From NCBI RefSeq assembly GCF_006345805.1, contig NC_043004.1:8680001-8744000 (forward strand): 64,000 nt of DNA, given 5' to 3'. Shown here one piece after another: positions 14,918 to 28,253 of the stretch (the first letter of the stretch is position 1; each line of letters opens with the position of its first letter). Made by a program: the position numbers and the translations under genes. This stretch comes from Octopus sinensis. Taxonomy: Eukaryota. Under the pieces are notes generated by a model. The model saw only the letters and a list, made by a program, of their open reading frames with translations, was not told the origin of the DNA and did no database searches.

Positions 14918-15305
14918 TGTATGTATGTATGCATGCATGCATGTATGACTGAGTGAGTGATATATATATATATATATATATATCACTCATATATGTGTGA
15001 GTGAGTGAAGAAACGAAAAGAGTAGCACTAGCACTCAATTCGTTTGGTTGGAGCTATATTTTTAATAACAGTTTCTCAGTTCCACATCACTTAAATTTCC
15101 GGGAGCGCAGACGACATATCCGGTGCTACATCAGATGCTACGAGCGTTTCTTGTTAAGTATGTATGGGTGCATGACTATAGGAGCGCGGTTTTCTATAAT
15201 GATCCTTTTCTCAAAGGCATTTATTATGTCCTTTTTTTATGTTTCATTTCTAATTGTATTCTTTTCTAAAACTTAATATTGTATGTCTTCTTTATTATAT
15301 TACAG

Positions 15306-15451
15306 TAAACGCGGATTGCGTTGATGGATGGGTGCAGCTTAGAAGCGGCCGTTATATGTTTGTATGTGAAAAGGAAGTTTATAGTGATGCCCTCGCCATA
15401 TGCAATGAAAACGGAGGCTCCTTGGTATCCATCAACACTTTAAAGGAAGCA
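15306..15451 (+). CDS. aGPCR exon, CTLD part 1
   Basis: tacag|; (V)NADCVDGWVQLRSGRYMFVCEKEVYSDALAICNENGGSLVSINTLKEA; |gtaagt. Confidence 0.9.
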
Positions 15452-17214
15452 GTAAGTATAATTTGCTTTCATATTTCAACTTCTTTTCGAAGGCTTATCC
15501 AGAATTGCACATCAGTTCTTCAAGTTAGTTATTCTTAGATGATGTTCCACTGACGAAGCCTAATAAGGCCAAAATGTGTCTGAAGTCGTCACTGAGTTCT
15601 TTTCTCTTGCTTCTTTTCCCAGAATGGGTGTAATTATGATTTAAAGTTATTGGATGTCTACACTATAATTTGTATGCAAATACAAAGGGAAATATATATG
15701 AATATTTTGTTATATTTCGGGACGATCATCACACCAATAATAAACACGTGTACTGGTTCTATTTCACTTCGGATTTGAACATGACCTGGAATAGAGAAGG
15801 CGTGTCGTTGAAGAGGTTGCCAGTAGCAACGAAAGGATTTTTAAAAAACATAACTTACTGATTTATTAACCGAATAATTAATTTAAAAAAAAGATTAGTT
15901 AATTGGCTAAATAGTTAAGCAATTGATTAACAACTATCAGTATTTGAACCCACATTTTCTGAGTTTGATGCCTATCTATATTAACCATAATGGGATCCTT
16001 GTGCTTACATTTGTGCGCTGTTTCTGCATTTTCGGAATTGGTTGAGGAGTTTAAGATATAAAATTTCGGTTTTTTTGGTTTTTTGTTATTATAGATGTTA
16101 ACTCCGTAAGCGATGGCTTTTATCACTTTTGTACAGGCAAGCTGTACTATAATAAGGAAAGATGCTTATTGATTAGTTGATAAAAGAAAACAATTATTTA
16201 AGTTTACACGCCCAAGAAATTTCTAATTTTAGTATATTTTTTTATCAAGGCGTTGTTTTAAATTTTTTTTTTATTTTATAGATTTCAACTACAGGAGAGT
16301 ATTTTTAATTCCCTGCGTTTTTTTTTAATACTGTGAGATAGTGTTTCCTCTTTGTCTTTTGTCTCTCCTATTCCTCTCTCTTTCTCTTTCTCGCTCTCTC
16401 TCTCTCTCTCTCTCTCTCGCACACACACACAAACACACACACACACACACCACACACACACACACACACACACTTCATAACGTTTCTTTCTACAGACATT
16501 TCAGTAAAACCATTTCTCTAAATTATCAATTTAACCCAGCATCAGCCAAATCATTTTAATTCTAGCATTCTTTCATATTCTTGGGATTGTTTTTGAAAAG
16601 GATAAGTTTTTATTTGCACATATCAATTGTACCAAATACAAAACGTCTTTGAATAATAATCATGCGCTCCATTCCGTTTTTAATTACCTAAAAATTATCT
16701 AATTAATTATTTTCGATGACCGATGTAGGATTTAAAATAGCACTCATGAAGGAAAGGTAAAAGCCGTTCAGCCTCCCGCGACCACCCCGAAGAGAAGCTG
16801 CCTTCGTTATTTGTTGATTTGGTGCATTAAACGTTTTGTATTTTATTGTAACGTTTCAGCCATCTTAATGTCAATCGAAGCTTTCAGAGTACTTTATATA
16901 ATATGTGGGAAATTTAGTTCTTTAACTCATCAGCTTCCAAACACACCACATTCGAAATTACGAACAAAAGCCTTATTGCATCCGTCTGATATTTAGAGGT
17001 TTCCAATTGTTCAACTGCCAACCCAAAGAAATCAGAAATATAAACAGAACCTCTATTGAAACATTTAAAAAAAAATAAAGAAAACATTGGATAAACTCCT
17101 AACGATGGTACCGAGCCAGCTGCGACAACAAAATTGGAAGAAAATATATTAAAGTGGTGCTCCAATATTATGGCCGTATTCCTACGTCTGAAACCATTAA
17201 AAGGATTAAAAATC

Positions 17215-17260
<46 letters not shown>

Positions 17261-18005
17261 TGTGTGGTTCAAATGTAGAGAAAACAAAGGTCAAAGACAG
17301 GCGCGGGAACAACAAGCAGGTGTATTAATTTGACGCTCGAGAAGAATAGAAAAGTCTTTGATGTTTCCAGTCTACGCTCTTCATCAGAAAGAGATGAGAG
17401 GAAAAAATAGAGAGAAAGAGAAAAAAGGGGAGAGAGAAAATGTGTTGGGTTTAACGGTTTTTAACTCGTTTAACTTGAATTAAAAAACCCATTAACAAGA
17501 AATTTTTTTATGGAGAAGAAACTTCTCTGAGACTCCGGATTTGAAAGTTCTGTCTATAAGAGAATTCGATTTTAACACCCACCACATTTGTTCTGCTTCA
17601 TCTCTGTATTGAGAACGCTATGAAATTAAATATTTCGATATAACTAATTATTTGCTTCGACATTTTACACTGCAGGCTTTGTGAAAGCCAAAGGTCCCCC
17701 AGCACAGCCTAATTTTCTTTTTTCATAATAAATTTATTGTTTTGTTATACTAGTTTCCACCTTTCACCTTTTCTAGGAGGTTCTGATAAAGAAATTGATG
17801 GAAATCATCACCAGCGTCGAACAAGGTACTTGGTGGGTTGGTCTCAGTTTTGATATTGATAAAGAAACTTGGATCTGGACAGACAGAACATCCTATGACG
17901 ATTCAACAATGTCGTAAGTAGAGCTGATCGTTTCCGCTTTTTTTCTTTCTTTCTTTTTACAAAATAACTTATTCTGTGATGTTGCTTTTTCCTAAGTATA
18001 GTATG

Positions 18006-18063
<58 letters not shown>

Positions 18064-20059
18064 TGTGTATACATATATATATATAGGTGTATGTATGTAT
18101 TTATATATATATACACACACAAAAAATATGGGGATTTAGTTCACAGGTGATCTAAACGATTGGGTGCGCTAGGAACGCAGGATTGCACCTAATGACTTAC
18201 ACTCATGGATCTACGCAGGATTGCCCATAAGGACTGATGCTTTGGTTTCTTCTCTCATTTCATCTTCTTATTCTTTTATTACCTTCCTCTATGTTATCAT
18301 CTTATTGATATGTACCGTTCTCATTTTCGGATGATAATGTCGAAATTGAAATAGGAGAATATACCTGTTGTTCTGTGTAGGAATTGAACGCTAATCCATT
18401 TGGTTGCAAAGCCTACGCAAGCTAGAAGTCAGCACTATATACAACAATGTTACCTTTTGGTTGCTACATCAGTAATTGTGTTATGAGGATTAGTCTTTAA
18501 TGCTGTGAAGAAAACATTGTTATTAGAATCAGTAAGAAAACGATTTCGTCAGTTACTTCCGATTAAATAAAGGGCGTTGATGGGCAAATTGCGAAATTAT
18601 TTTTCGGGCAGACAAGCTACTGAGATATCAAACTTTGGATCCTATTAATACTACTATTATTATTACTGTTGTTAGGTTTTATCTGTAACCAAGGCATTTA
18701 TCTCTCAGCGGCTGAATTCATACAGCTCTAAATAGATAAAACCAGTTCATTGCTGTAAGGCAGCGCCAGCCGAGTAAAACAGCTGACTGTCAAGTTGAGA
18801 TAACTGGCGTCCTGTGATCTAACACATCTTCCCTGTCTCTGCTGTTCTCCGTCAACAAAGGGAAACGCTATGCAATTACTTGATCTGCTGGAAAGAGTAA
18901 CTAAGTGTCCTTCAGATCAAATCCTACTATCTCGGAAAGGAGAAAGGAGCGTTGAATGGCGCAGATCTGGATATACTATGTCTGCAAAAGTGACTTAGCT
19001 GTTACGGCTGGAATACCTTGTATCAAAGATCTATCCGATCAAGTTTGATCTGGAACGAAACGACAACTAGAATTGCCATCTTAAAATACACGAAACATGA
19101 GGAATACATTCCCAGACTTCCACATTTTGGTAGAGAAATCTTGTAAAAGGAGAGCACTTTTGGTAGAGAGCACTCGACGCAGGCATGACATATGGCCAGC
19201 TCTCTTTCTTTCTGTAGCTAAATGCCCGTTAATGGAATTATTGTTCTTCTTGGTGAAGACAGGATTTCCAAGAAGAGGCGACAGTTTCCATAAGAATATT
19301 TATAATACAGCTCGGTATTACAAGCAACTCATGGATGATTTTATACGAATAACATGTCGGTTAGAAGTATAAAAAGAGTCCTAAATATCAGGAGTTGGTG
19401 GTGGTGGGGGAATTCCGCAAGAATGTGAGGGGGGAACTGAGGTGTTTGGAATTAGAGTTTGGCAAGTGGGGTTCGCAGTTTGTAAACTATGGAAACCCGA
19501 GCAGGAATAAACATAACAATATCCATCAAAAGCTACCCAGAGGCTGCATAGAAACTACCAAGATGGCCCTAGCCGGAACAAAAGGTGACCAGTCGGGTTA
19601 ATAGAATTTTGTCAGTTGGACAAGAGCTTGATTTTACCGAACTAAATCGGATTGTTTGGATAAGGCTGTATATTGTAAGATCCTAAATATCTAATGACCC
19701 ACACGATACAACACTGCCACTGCATCCAAGAACAGACCATTCTTGGACATCGGCAGATGTACTTTGGAATCCTTCAAGAAAATTGCCTCTCTTCATCGTA
19801 TCACATTGTTTTGTTATATTCTTTGTTAATTTTTTTTCTTCTTTCCTTGTAATTCTTATTTTGTATTCTTTGTGTTGTTTCTTATTACAGACTTTGGGCT
19901 CCGGGCGAACCTAACAATGGACTAGCCGAAGAAGACTGTGCCGAGCTTAGCTTTGAAGGAAAACTTAACGACGAGAGTTGTCTGAGCGCGAAACCATTCA
20001 TCTGTGAAAAAATGAAGAGTAAGTGTGTGTGAAGGAGAAAGCTATATAAAAATACATTC

Positions 20060-20103
<44 letters not shown>

Positions 20104-22273
20104 CGTTTTAAGTCTTATTGTAATAAAAACAATTTCACATTTAGCTGAAGGATTACCCCATACTTTTGCTTGAGTACAAATTTATCCTTCTTTAACCAGA
20201 ATAGTATTGATAGGGACTTCGAAGTTTCGGCTCACTCGGCCTTTGTCGGACAGACACACAGGCTCGTATGTGTGTGTTTGTGTATGTATGTCATTGTTCA
20301 GTTTTATTTCAAGATTTCTTGCCAATAGAGAAAGAGCTGGTTTCTAACCTGGATCCAAGGCTCCTTCATTGCAATTTCAACATCAAAAACAGGATAGTTT
20401 TGCTTGTATCCGTGTAGATGTGCAGATTTGTATGTTTTGTTTTGTGTGTGTATTCTCATGCATATAGTCACATATCTAGGCATGCTCGTGTATACTTAAA
20501 TGCTTATGATGTGGGTGATATCTGCAGTGTGGACTCTACAGAGTCTGCATCAGTTGCCACACTTTACAGGCTCTACCTGCATCTTTGTCATACATACATA
20601 CATACATACGTATGTATGTATGTGTATATATGTATGTATGTATGTATGCATGTATCATGTATGTATCTATGTATTATGTATGTATATATGTATTATGTAT
20701 ATATGTATTATGTATGTATTATGTATGTATAATGTATGTATGTATGTATGTATGTATGTATGTATGTATGTATGTATGTATGTATGTATGTATAATTGTA
20801 CGTATAGCACCATTCTTCATGTCTGTATGTATGTATGTATGTATGTATGTATATATGCATGTATGTATGTATATGTGTTTGTATGTATGTATGTATGTAT
20901 GTATGTATGTATGTATGTATGTATGTATGTATAATTGTACGTATAGCACCATTCTTCATGTCTAAATAAATAAGTAATATTTCCTGTTAATGATGAATGT
21001 AAAAGCGGTCATGTCTGACATAAAATACTCGCTGAAGATTATGTTTGATTTAATCGATTTCACCGACCAATCCTTAAATTTTCTAGCCCTGTGTCTATGT
21101 TAGAAACCTTCTTATTTTAGTTATTTATTTTTTTGTTTGTTATTTCTTTTTTTTGTCCCCCAGTTGTTATTTCATCCGACAACCGTACGACCCATAGCCA
21201 CACATCAAAATCCTCGACACACCACCACCAAGACTTCAGTTTCTCAACCTCTCGTAAAACCCCGTTTATTAATGGCGATTATTCTACATTTGAAACAACC
21301 ATTGACTCGATGGGCGGACAAGTTTGCTCTTACGCAAGTGGTAAAGTTGTGGAGGTTAGTGAAGACGGATTCTGCCCTGAACAAACTCTCTTAAATGTAA
21401 AATGGCCACGTACAGCTGCTGGTCAACATGCCATGATGCCTTGTCCATCAGGAAGCAGTAAGTCTCTCTCTCTCTCACTTTTATGAAACTATTTATCTTT
21501 TTACACTCTTTATGTTCAACTTCTTCTCCTTTTCCTCTTCGTTCTCATACTTTCCTCTCTTCTTTTTTTCATCTCACATTCCATAAAATCCTTCTATTTT
21601 CTATTTCTCTCCTTCCCTTCATTTCTCTCTTTTTCTCTGTCCCCCACTCTCTCTTTCTCTCTCTCTTTCTCTCACTCTTTCTCTCCCCTCTCTCTCTCTA
21701 CCAACAACCATTATCATTTCTCCTCTCTCTCTCTCTCTCTCACTCTATCTTAGACATGGCCTTCAGGAAGTGCAACAGTTATCCCGTCTGCTGGGAAGAA
21801 AATCACAATATTCAAAATTGTACTTCTCGACAAATAAGGGATTTCTTGAGCAAGGTAAGTCATTTTTTTCTCATTTATTATACACCACTGCGGTGAACAA
21901 GTTCCTGACGGGATCGGTTTCATAAAGTACCAAACAAGTACCACAGGCCAATGCAATCGACTAAACAATCCCTCAAACATTTCTGGCCTTGCACCTTAAT
22001 TGAGAACACTATGTTGTTGTTGTTGTGGCATGAAAACTCACAGCTTATTTCGCTAGGTATGATGGAAAGTGTCAAACTGTCCACAGCCAGCAGACTAAGG
22101 TGACATTTGTTTACTGGTCATGCTTCTGCGAAGAATTCTTGCAGTTCCAAGCAATACTGATTTTTGTAGGTGTTCTACCTTCACACTAGCACTTTTTCCA
22201 GCCATGTTGGTAGATTTTTTAGCATATTATTATTATTATTATTATTATTATTATCTCATCATCATCATCATCA

Positions 22274-22310
<37 letters not shown>

Positions 22311-22351
22311 TCATCATCATCATCTCATCATCATCATCATTATTATTATTA

Positions 22352-22384
<33 letters not shown>

Positions 22385-22406
22385 CATCATCATCATCATT
22401 ATTATT

Positions 22407-22462
<56 letters not shown>

Positions 22463-23973
22463 GAAACAATAACAAGAGTGCGACTGTTATCGAAATATTG
22501 TTCATTCGATGAGAATATACTCATGCAGATAGAAAGAGTGTAAGAGAGAAGTGCGAACGAGAGAGAAATTTAAACTAGTGAAACATTAAAACGTCTGATG
22601 TCAAATAAGTCAGCGTCGAATCAGTGATGCCAAATAAACGACACCAAAACGGCTGTGCCCCAACGTCTCATAACCTGTCTTCTTTGAAAGACACATGGTG
22701 ATGATGGTGGGAGGGAACAGCCTATTATATCGATCTCAGAACTTGATGAGTACTTTATTGACTCTTGAAAGACGAAAGTTGATTTTGGCTGTTGAACCCA
22801 GAACCTATGTAAAGTAATTAAATATTGATAAGCATTTTGACCGAAGCTTTTAATGATTCTGCCAAAAACTAATAATTTTAATGTCCCATTTCTTTTTTTT
22901 TTCCAGGCCACCTCAGAGTTGTCTAAAGGAACAAATAAAGCCAAAGTTGTGGTTTCTCAAAAGTTGGCGGATGTTACATCTCAACCGAAAATGTCAGTTG
23001 AAGATTATGTCGTTGCATCAAAATTCTTTAAAAGCTTCAGTAACTCCTTAGATTTCTCTTCCAAACCTAAGAAAGAAACTGTCGAATCCATAGTTACGGT
23101 GAGTAAGATACCCGTAGTTTGTGACGTTTTGTTGAATCACTAAAATCTTCTAAGAAAATCTATCGTATTTCGTTGCTCTCTATTCTTGAGAGAGGTTGTA
23201 GAGGCAGAGTTCCCAGGCACCCACCTCTTCCACAGAATCCTGTTGGAGTCAACCGTCATTACATTTTCTGGCTGGGTTCCTAAGTGTGGCCAACAGAAAC
23301 TACGGCTATTATCCAGCCAATTCCTTCTTGGTCCACCCTTTGGTTTCTTGCCTGTTGGCTCTACTTGAAGAATCCGCTTTGCGATTCTTTCCTGCGACAT
23401 TCTAATTACATGCCCTTAGTACCAGAACAGAAATCTCCCAAGAGTAGTAGCAGCTCATCCTGAAGAAATTTTGTGATGCTCGAACCAAGCACGTTGTCAA
23501 GTTATTCCAGAGATCCTTCAGAAGGACCCCACATCGTACAAAACTTGACCATTCTTCGTACATCGGAGATTCTTACTCGATAAATCTCAGTCATTACTAT
23601 TTGGTTTCTCATTGTTTAGTTTCGGATTGCCACAGATTATCACAGATTATCTATGCCTGTAAAAATCTGAAAGTTATTCCAACCGTGACCGCTTGGTTTT
23701 TTTCGGTTTATCTAGGACTTCTCAATCTAATGTATTGTATGCGTGCTCTTCAAAATGTGCAGTATTTTTGCAAAAGATGTAGTGTGATTTGAGAGATATT
23801 TCATTGCTATTTCTAGCAAAATGAACGATCACATGGAGGCTTGCTTATGTTCCTCAGAAGGGAACAAGTAATTCTCCTGAACTCTATGAGTTCTTCTAGG
23901 CTGCAGAGATTGCTGCCATTTAATGTTCATTTCTTCATCCAATGTTTTCAAAAAACTACTCTCTCGCTTATTT

Positions 23974-24035
<62 letters not shown>

Positions 24036-26350
24036 TCTCAGCGTAGCTAGATGAGAATTTTTGCGCATGCGTGAGATTGTGTGTCTGCGTATGTAGGCTG
24101 ACGCGCATACACGTAGGCATATTTCAACACACATGTACCACACACACACACACACACACACATATCACATTCACATACATTACACATACATAATATACTT
24201 CTATAAGTTACCATTTTCCTTCCATTTCTTCCCAGGATGTTGTAAAAATCGGCAATAACTTAATGTCCAAAGATCAGACGAAAGCATTTAACAACATGAC
24301 CAAACACGAAGTGGTGGAATCGGCCTCAGAGCTGATGAGTTCTGTGGATTCTGCGACTATGAAACTAGTGAATGCCATCGACGAACCGCAACTAATAGTG
24401 AAAAAGACAGAGAACATCGGTAATGCATTTTGTTTTTTATTTTTAAGTTTATCTCAAGAAATTTCCTACAAATTTTAGAGCCAGCATTGAAAGTTACGAT
24501 GCTTTGGATACGAATAGGTCCACGTAAACAACGCACTGTTAGCACAAAAAGTAGGACACAATATTGACTAGCATAAGGCGGCGGACTGGCAGAAATGTTA
24601 GCACGGCGGGCGAAATGCTTGGCGGTATTTCGTCTGTCTTTATGTTCTGAGTTCAAATTCCGCCGAGGTCGACTTTGCCTTTCATCCTTTCTGGGTCGAT
24701 GAATTAAGTACCAGTTACACACTGGGATCGATGTAATCGACTTAAACCATTTGTCTGTCCTTGTTTGTCCCTCTGTGTTTAGCCCCATGTGGGTAGGAAA
24801 GAAATAGGTATTTCGTCTGCCGTTACGTTCTGAGTTCAAATTCCGCCGAGGTCGACTTTGCCTTTCATCCTTTCGGGGTCGATAAATTAAGTACCAGTTA
24901 CGCACTTGGTCGATAAAATCAACTTAATCCGTTTGTCTGTCCTTGTTTGTCCTCTCTGTGTTTAGCCCCTTGTGGGTAGTAAAGAAATAGATATTTCTTC
25001 TGTCTTTACGTTCTGAATTAAATACCGCCGAGGTCGACTTTGCCTTTTATCCTTCCGGGGTCGATAAATTAAGTACCTGTTGGGTACTGGGGTCGATCTA
25101 ATCGACTGGCCCCTCTCCCAAAATTTCGGGCCTTGTGCCTAGAGTAAAAAAGAATATACCTAGCAGTACAATATGGTTTCAAAACGAAACGCGGTGGCCC
25201 GACCAGCAATTTATATGTATTTTTGTATTGATTTTTAAATCTACTTTGATATATTATCGATAAAGTTGACCGTGGAGATTCCAATATTCGTAGAAGGTTA
25301 GACAAATTGGCTTTGGTTTGCATCCTTCTGAAGTCAGCTAAATATTTACATGAAACTTCGTTTATCGCTGATCTTATTCATCACTGGTCCCGAATAACAC
25401 GGTACGTTCACTTGTGAACCGTATTACGTTCAGCACGGGTTGGTGTGTGATAACACGGTTGGCACTTAGTCAAGATTCTGCTTGTACCCCCAAAACACGC
25501 CCCAGCAAACACCCAAAATGCCCAGCTACTCAGAATGCAGTGACGATCACTTGTATCGAAATGACGAAGCTGGGAATTATTTTTATACAGATTTACGTTC
25601 TCGATCTCATCAACATGGAACCAATAAAGAGAAAAGAAAGAAATACGAAGGCACCTGATCCTAACAAATGATGCAAACGCCTGTATTCTCAAAAGAAGAA
25701 ATGGTTTAGATGACCAAGAAAATATATGACGGCGGAAGCGAGTTTGGGGTCAATGACTCTACCATTCGTTTTATTTACCAAGCATGCAGATATGATTCGT
25801 TTGTCATTGATTGGTTTCTCACTGTATTATTCTTTAACCAAATCGCCGTGGTAAATGAGGAGAGATGTACCAGCCATGTACTTGAGTCACTTTTACTGGC
25901 CACGTCCTCTCTCTTGAATTTTGGTCTTGTTTGTTGGTAGAAACCTTTTATGAATTTTAATCATTTCAACCAGATTCAGTAGCAAAATGCTGCAAATGTA
26001 CGAAAAGTAAATAGTTGTTACATGGAGGGGAGAATGACGGGATGAAAATGTATGTTGGAAGGAGAAACGTATAAAATGGAAGCTGACCACTAATATCTTG
26101 TAAGTCTGTTGTGAGCCTTGTTAAATATCTAACATGTCCTTCACACAATCTTTCATTCTTATTTCTTTTTTCAGAGGCTCAGCTGCAAGTATTAGATGTC
26201 GACAAATTAGAAGAACCGGAAATAACGTTTCATTCTGAAGGAGATTCTTTCGCTCTTCCTTCTGAAAATCTGCGATCCATTAGCAAAGGTAGGACCAATT
26301 CCGTTTAAAAATAATACTCACACATTGTATATACAACAAAGACATAACTA

Positions 26351-26436
<86 letters not shown>

Positions 26437-28188
26437 CACACATATACACAGATACACTTATACACACTATGTGTAGACATGCATAATGGACTCTTGTCTC
26501 ATCGACGGATAAGGGTTTCGCATTTCAGAGTTGACCAAAAATGACCATCACCCTCTGACCGCCTGTGTACAGAGTCAAGGCTGAAATATTACCATAGCAT
26601 CCCCTATCTGTCCCGTCGCCTCTTTCCCTATCACCACCGTACTTATGAAGGAGGTGTGATAATGCTGGTGTTGAGGCTGCTGTCTTGAACAACCTGCACA
26701 GTGAATGTTTTTAGAGTGAGAATGGTTTGTGCAGAGCCAGTCCCATTCTCTTGTATTGGTCTGATGCAACAAGTGTCACGCGGTCAGTTGTTATCAGGAG
26801 GCAGAAGTTGTAAATGAGCAGCCGAAAGAGCTGAAGATCTTCATCTGGCCTGGGTCTGATGCTAATTAACCATAACTGGGATCCTAGCAGGTGTTACTAC
26901 TCCGGATCAGAGCAAGAACAAAAGTGGCTCAGTGGAGGTTGCGCACACCGAATCGGGGTCCCGATACTTCATGCAGTTTAAAGTCATACCCATAACTCCT
27001 AGGGTCGATGATTTATTCGACTAAAGGCGGTGCTCCAGCATGGACTGAAATAAGTAAAAGAAATACAAGAATCTACATATAAAGTGAGTTTGCTTTTTGT
27101 TTCTGTCGCAGGTGGCTTGGCTAAAGTTGTGTTTGTGACTTACAACAGTTTGCCGGATCTTATGCCAACGATAGAGACTGATACTGCGGAAGGTCAAAAG
27201 GAAGTTAAAATCTACAGCAAGATCATTAGCGCGTCTGTTGCTAATTACCATGGGGAGGTGCTCCGAGAACCCGTGGAGTTTTCTATGGAACACACTAAGG
27301 TACGCACAACTTCTCTCTTCGTTTTTCTCTCTCTTTCCTCTTCTGTCTCCTCACCTACATCTCCTCCTTTGTTGCTTCCCTTTTCTCTCTTTCTTTCTTT
27401 TCCCTCCTCCAACCTCTCTCTCTCTCTCTCTCTCACTCTCTCTCGCACACAAGCATTATGTTTATATGTGTGATATATGTGCGCACACAGGCACACACAT
27501 GTACAGATGCACCTATGTATACCTATGCATACAGATATGCACGCATGTACTTGTGTGCCTATTACAGGTATACACACAGTGTTTGTGAAGTATGTATACA
27601 CACACACATCTGTATGTGCATAGATATATGCATACAGACATATATATATATATATATATTTCTTTACTACCCACAAGGGGCTAAACATAGAGGAGACAAA
27701 CAAGGACAGACAAAGGGATTAAGTCGATTACATCGACCCCAGAGCGTAACTGGTACTTTATTTATCGACCCCGAAAGGATGAAAAGCAAAGTCGACCTCG
27801 GCGGAATTTGAACTCAGAACGTAACGACAGACGAAATACCGCTTAGTATTTCACCCGGCGCGCTAACGTTTCTGCCAGCTCGCCGCCTTTGACATATATA
27901 TATATAAGTGCTTCTCTTCCCTTGTCTTGTGCATGTAGGAGAGAGAAAGAGAGAGAGAGAGTGAACAGAAGCACCCTGGATGAACCAAGATGGACTGCTT
28001 CCATCGTGTGTTTCTTTGTCCCTCACACGTCCGTCTCAATGTCCAGGGACCAATCTAATGTTCTCATGGTTTTCTTTCTTTTTTCTCCTCAGCCTTTACC
28101 AATCCATGTGAAACCGCGCTGCTCTTTCTGGAACATGACAGCCAAGTAAGTAACGCATTGAGTATATTTAAGTATATATGTATAGGCA

Positions 28189-28253
<65 letters not shown>

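Noticed and set aside
15072-15157. Extra coding exon before the CTLD
   Set aside because: Phase-compatible at the 3' end, but the donor is weak (TAA|GTATGT) and the Arg-rich peptide is implausible between a signal peptide and the CTLD
15548-15582. CTGACGA-AGCC..GGC-CAAA hammerhead-like motif
   Set aside because: GAAA is replaced by CAAA and the flanking helices are absent
20215-20262. Minus-strand hammerhead-like GGC..GCC-GAAAC-TTCGAA-GTC
   Set aside because: The CUGANGA core is mutated at two invariant positions and there is no helix I; at best a dead relic
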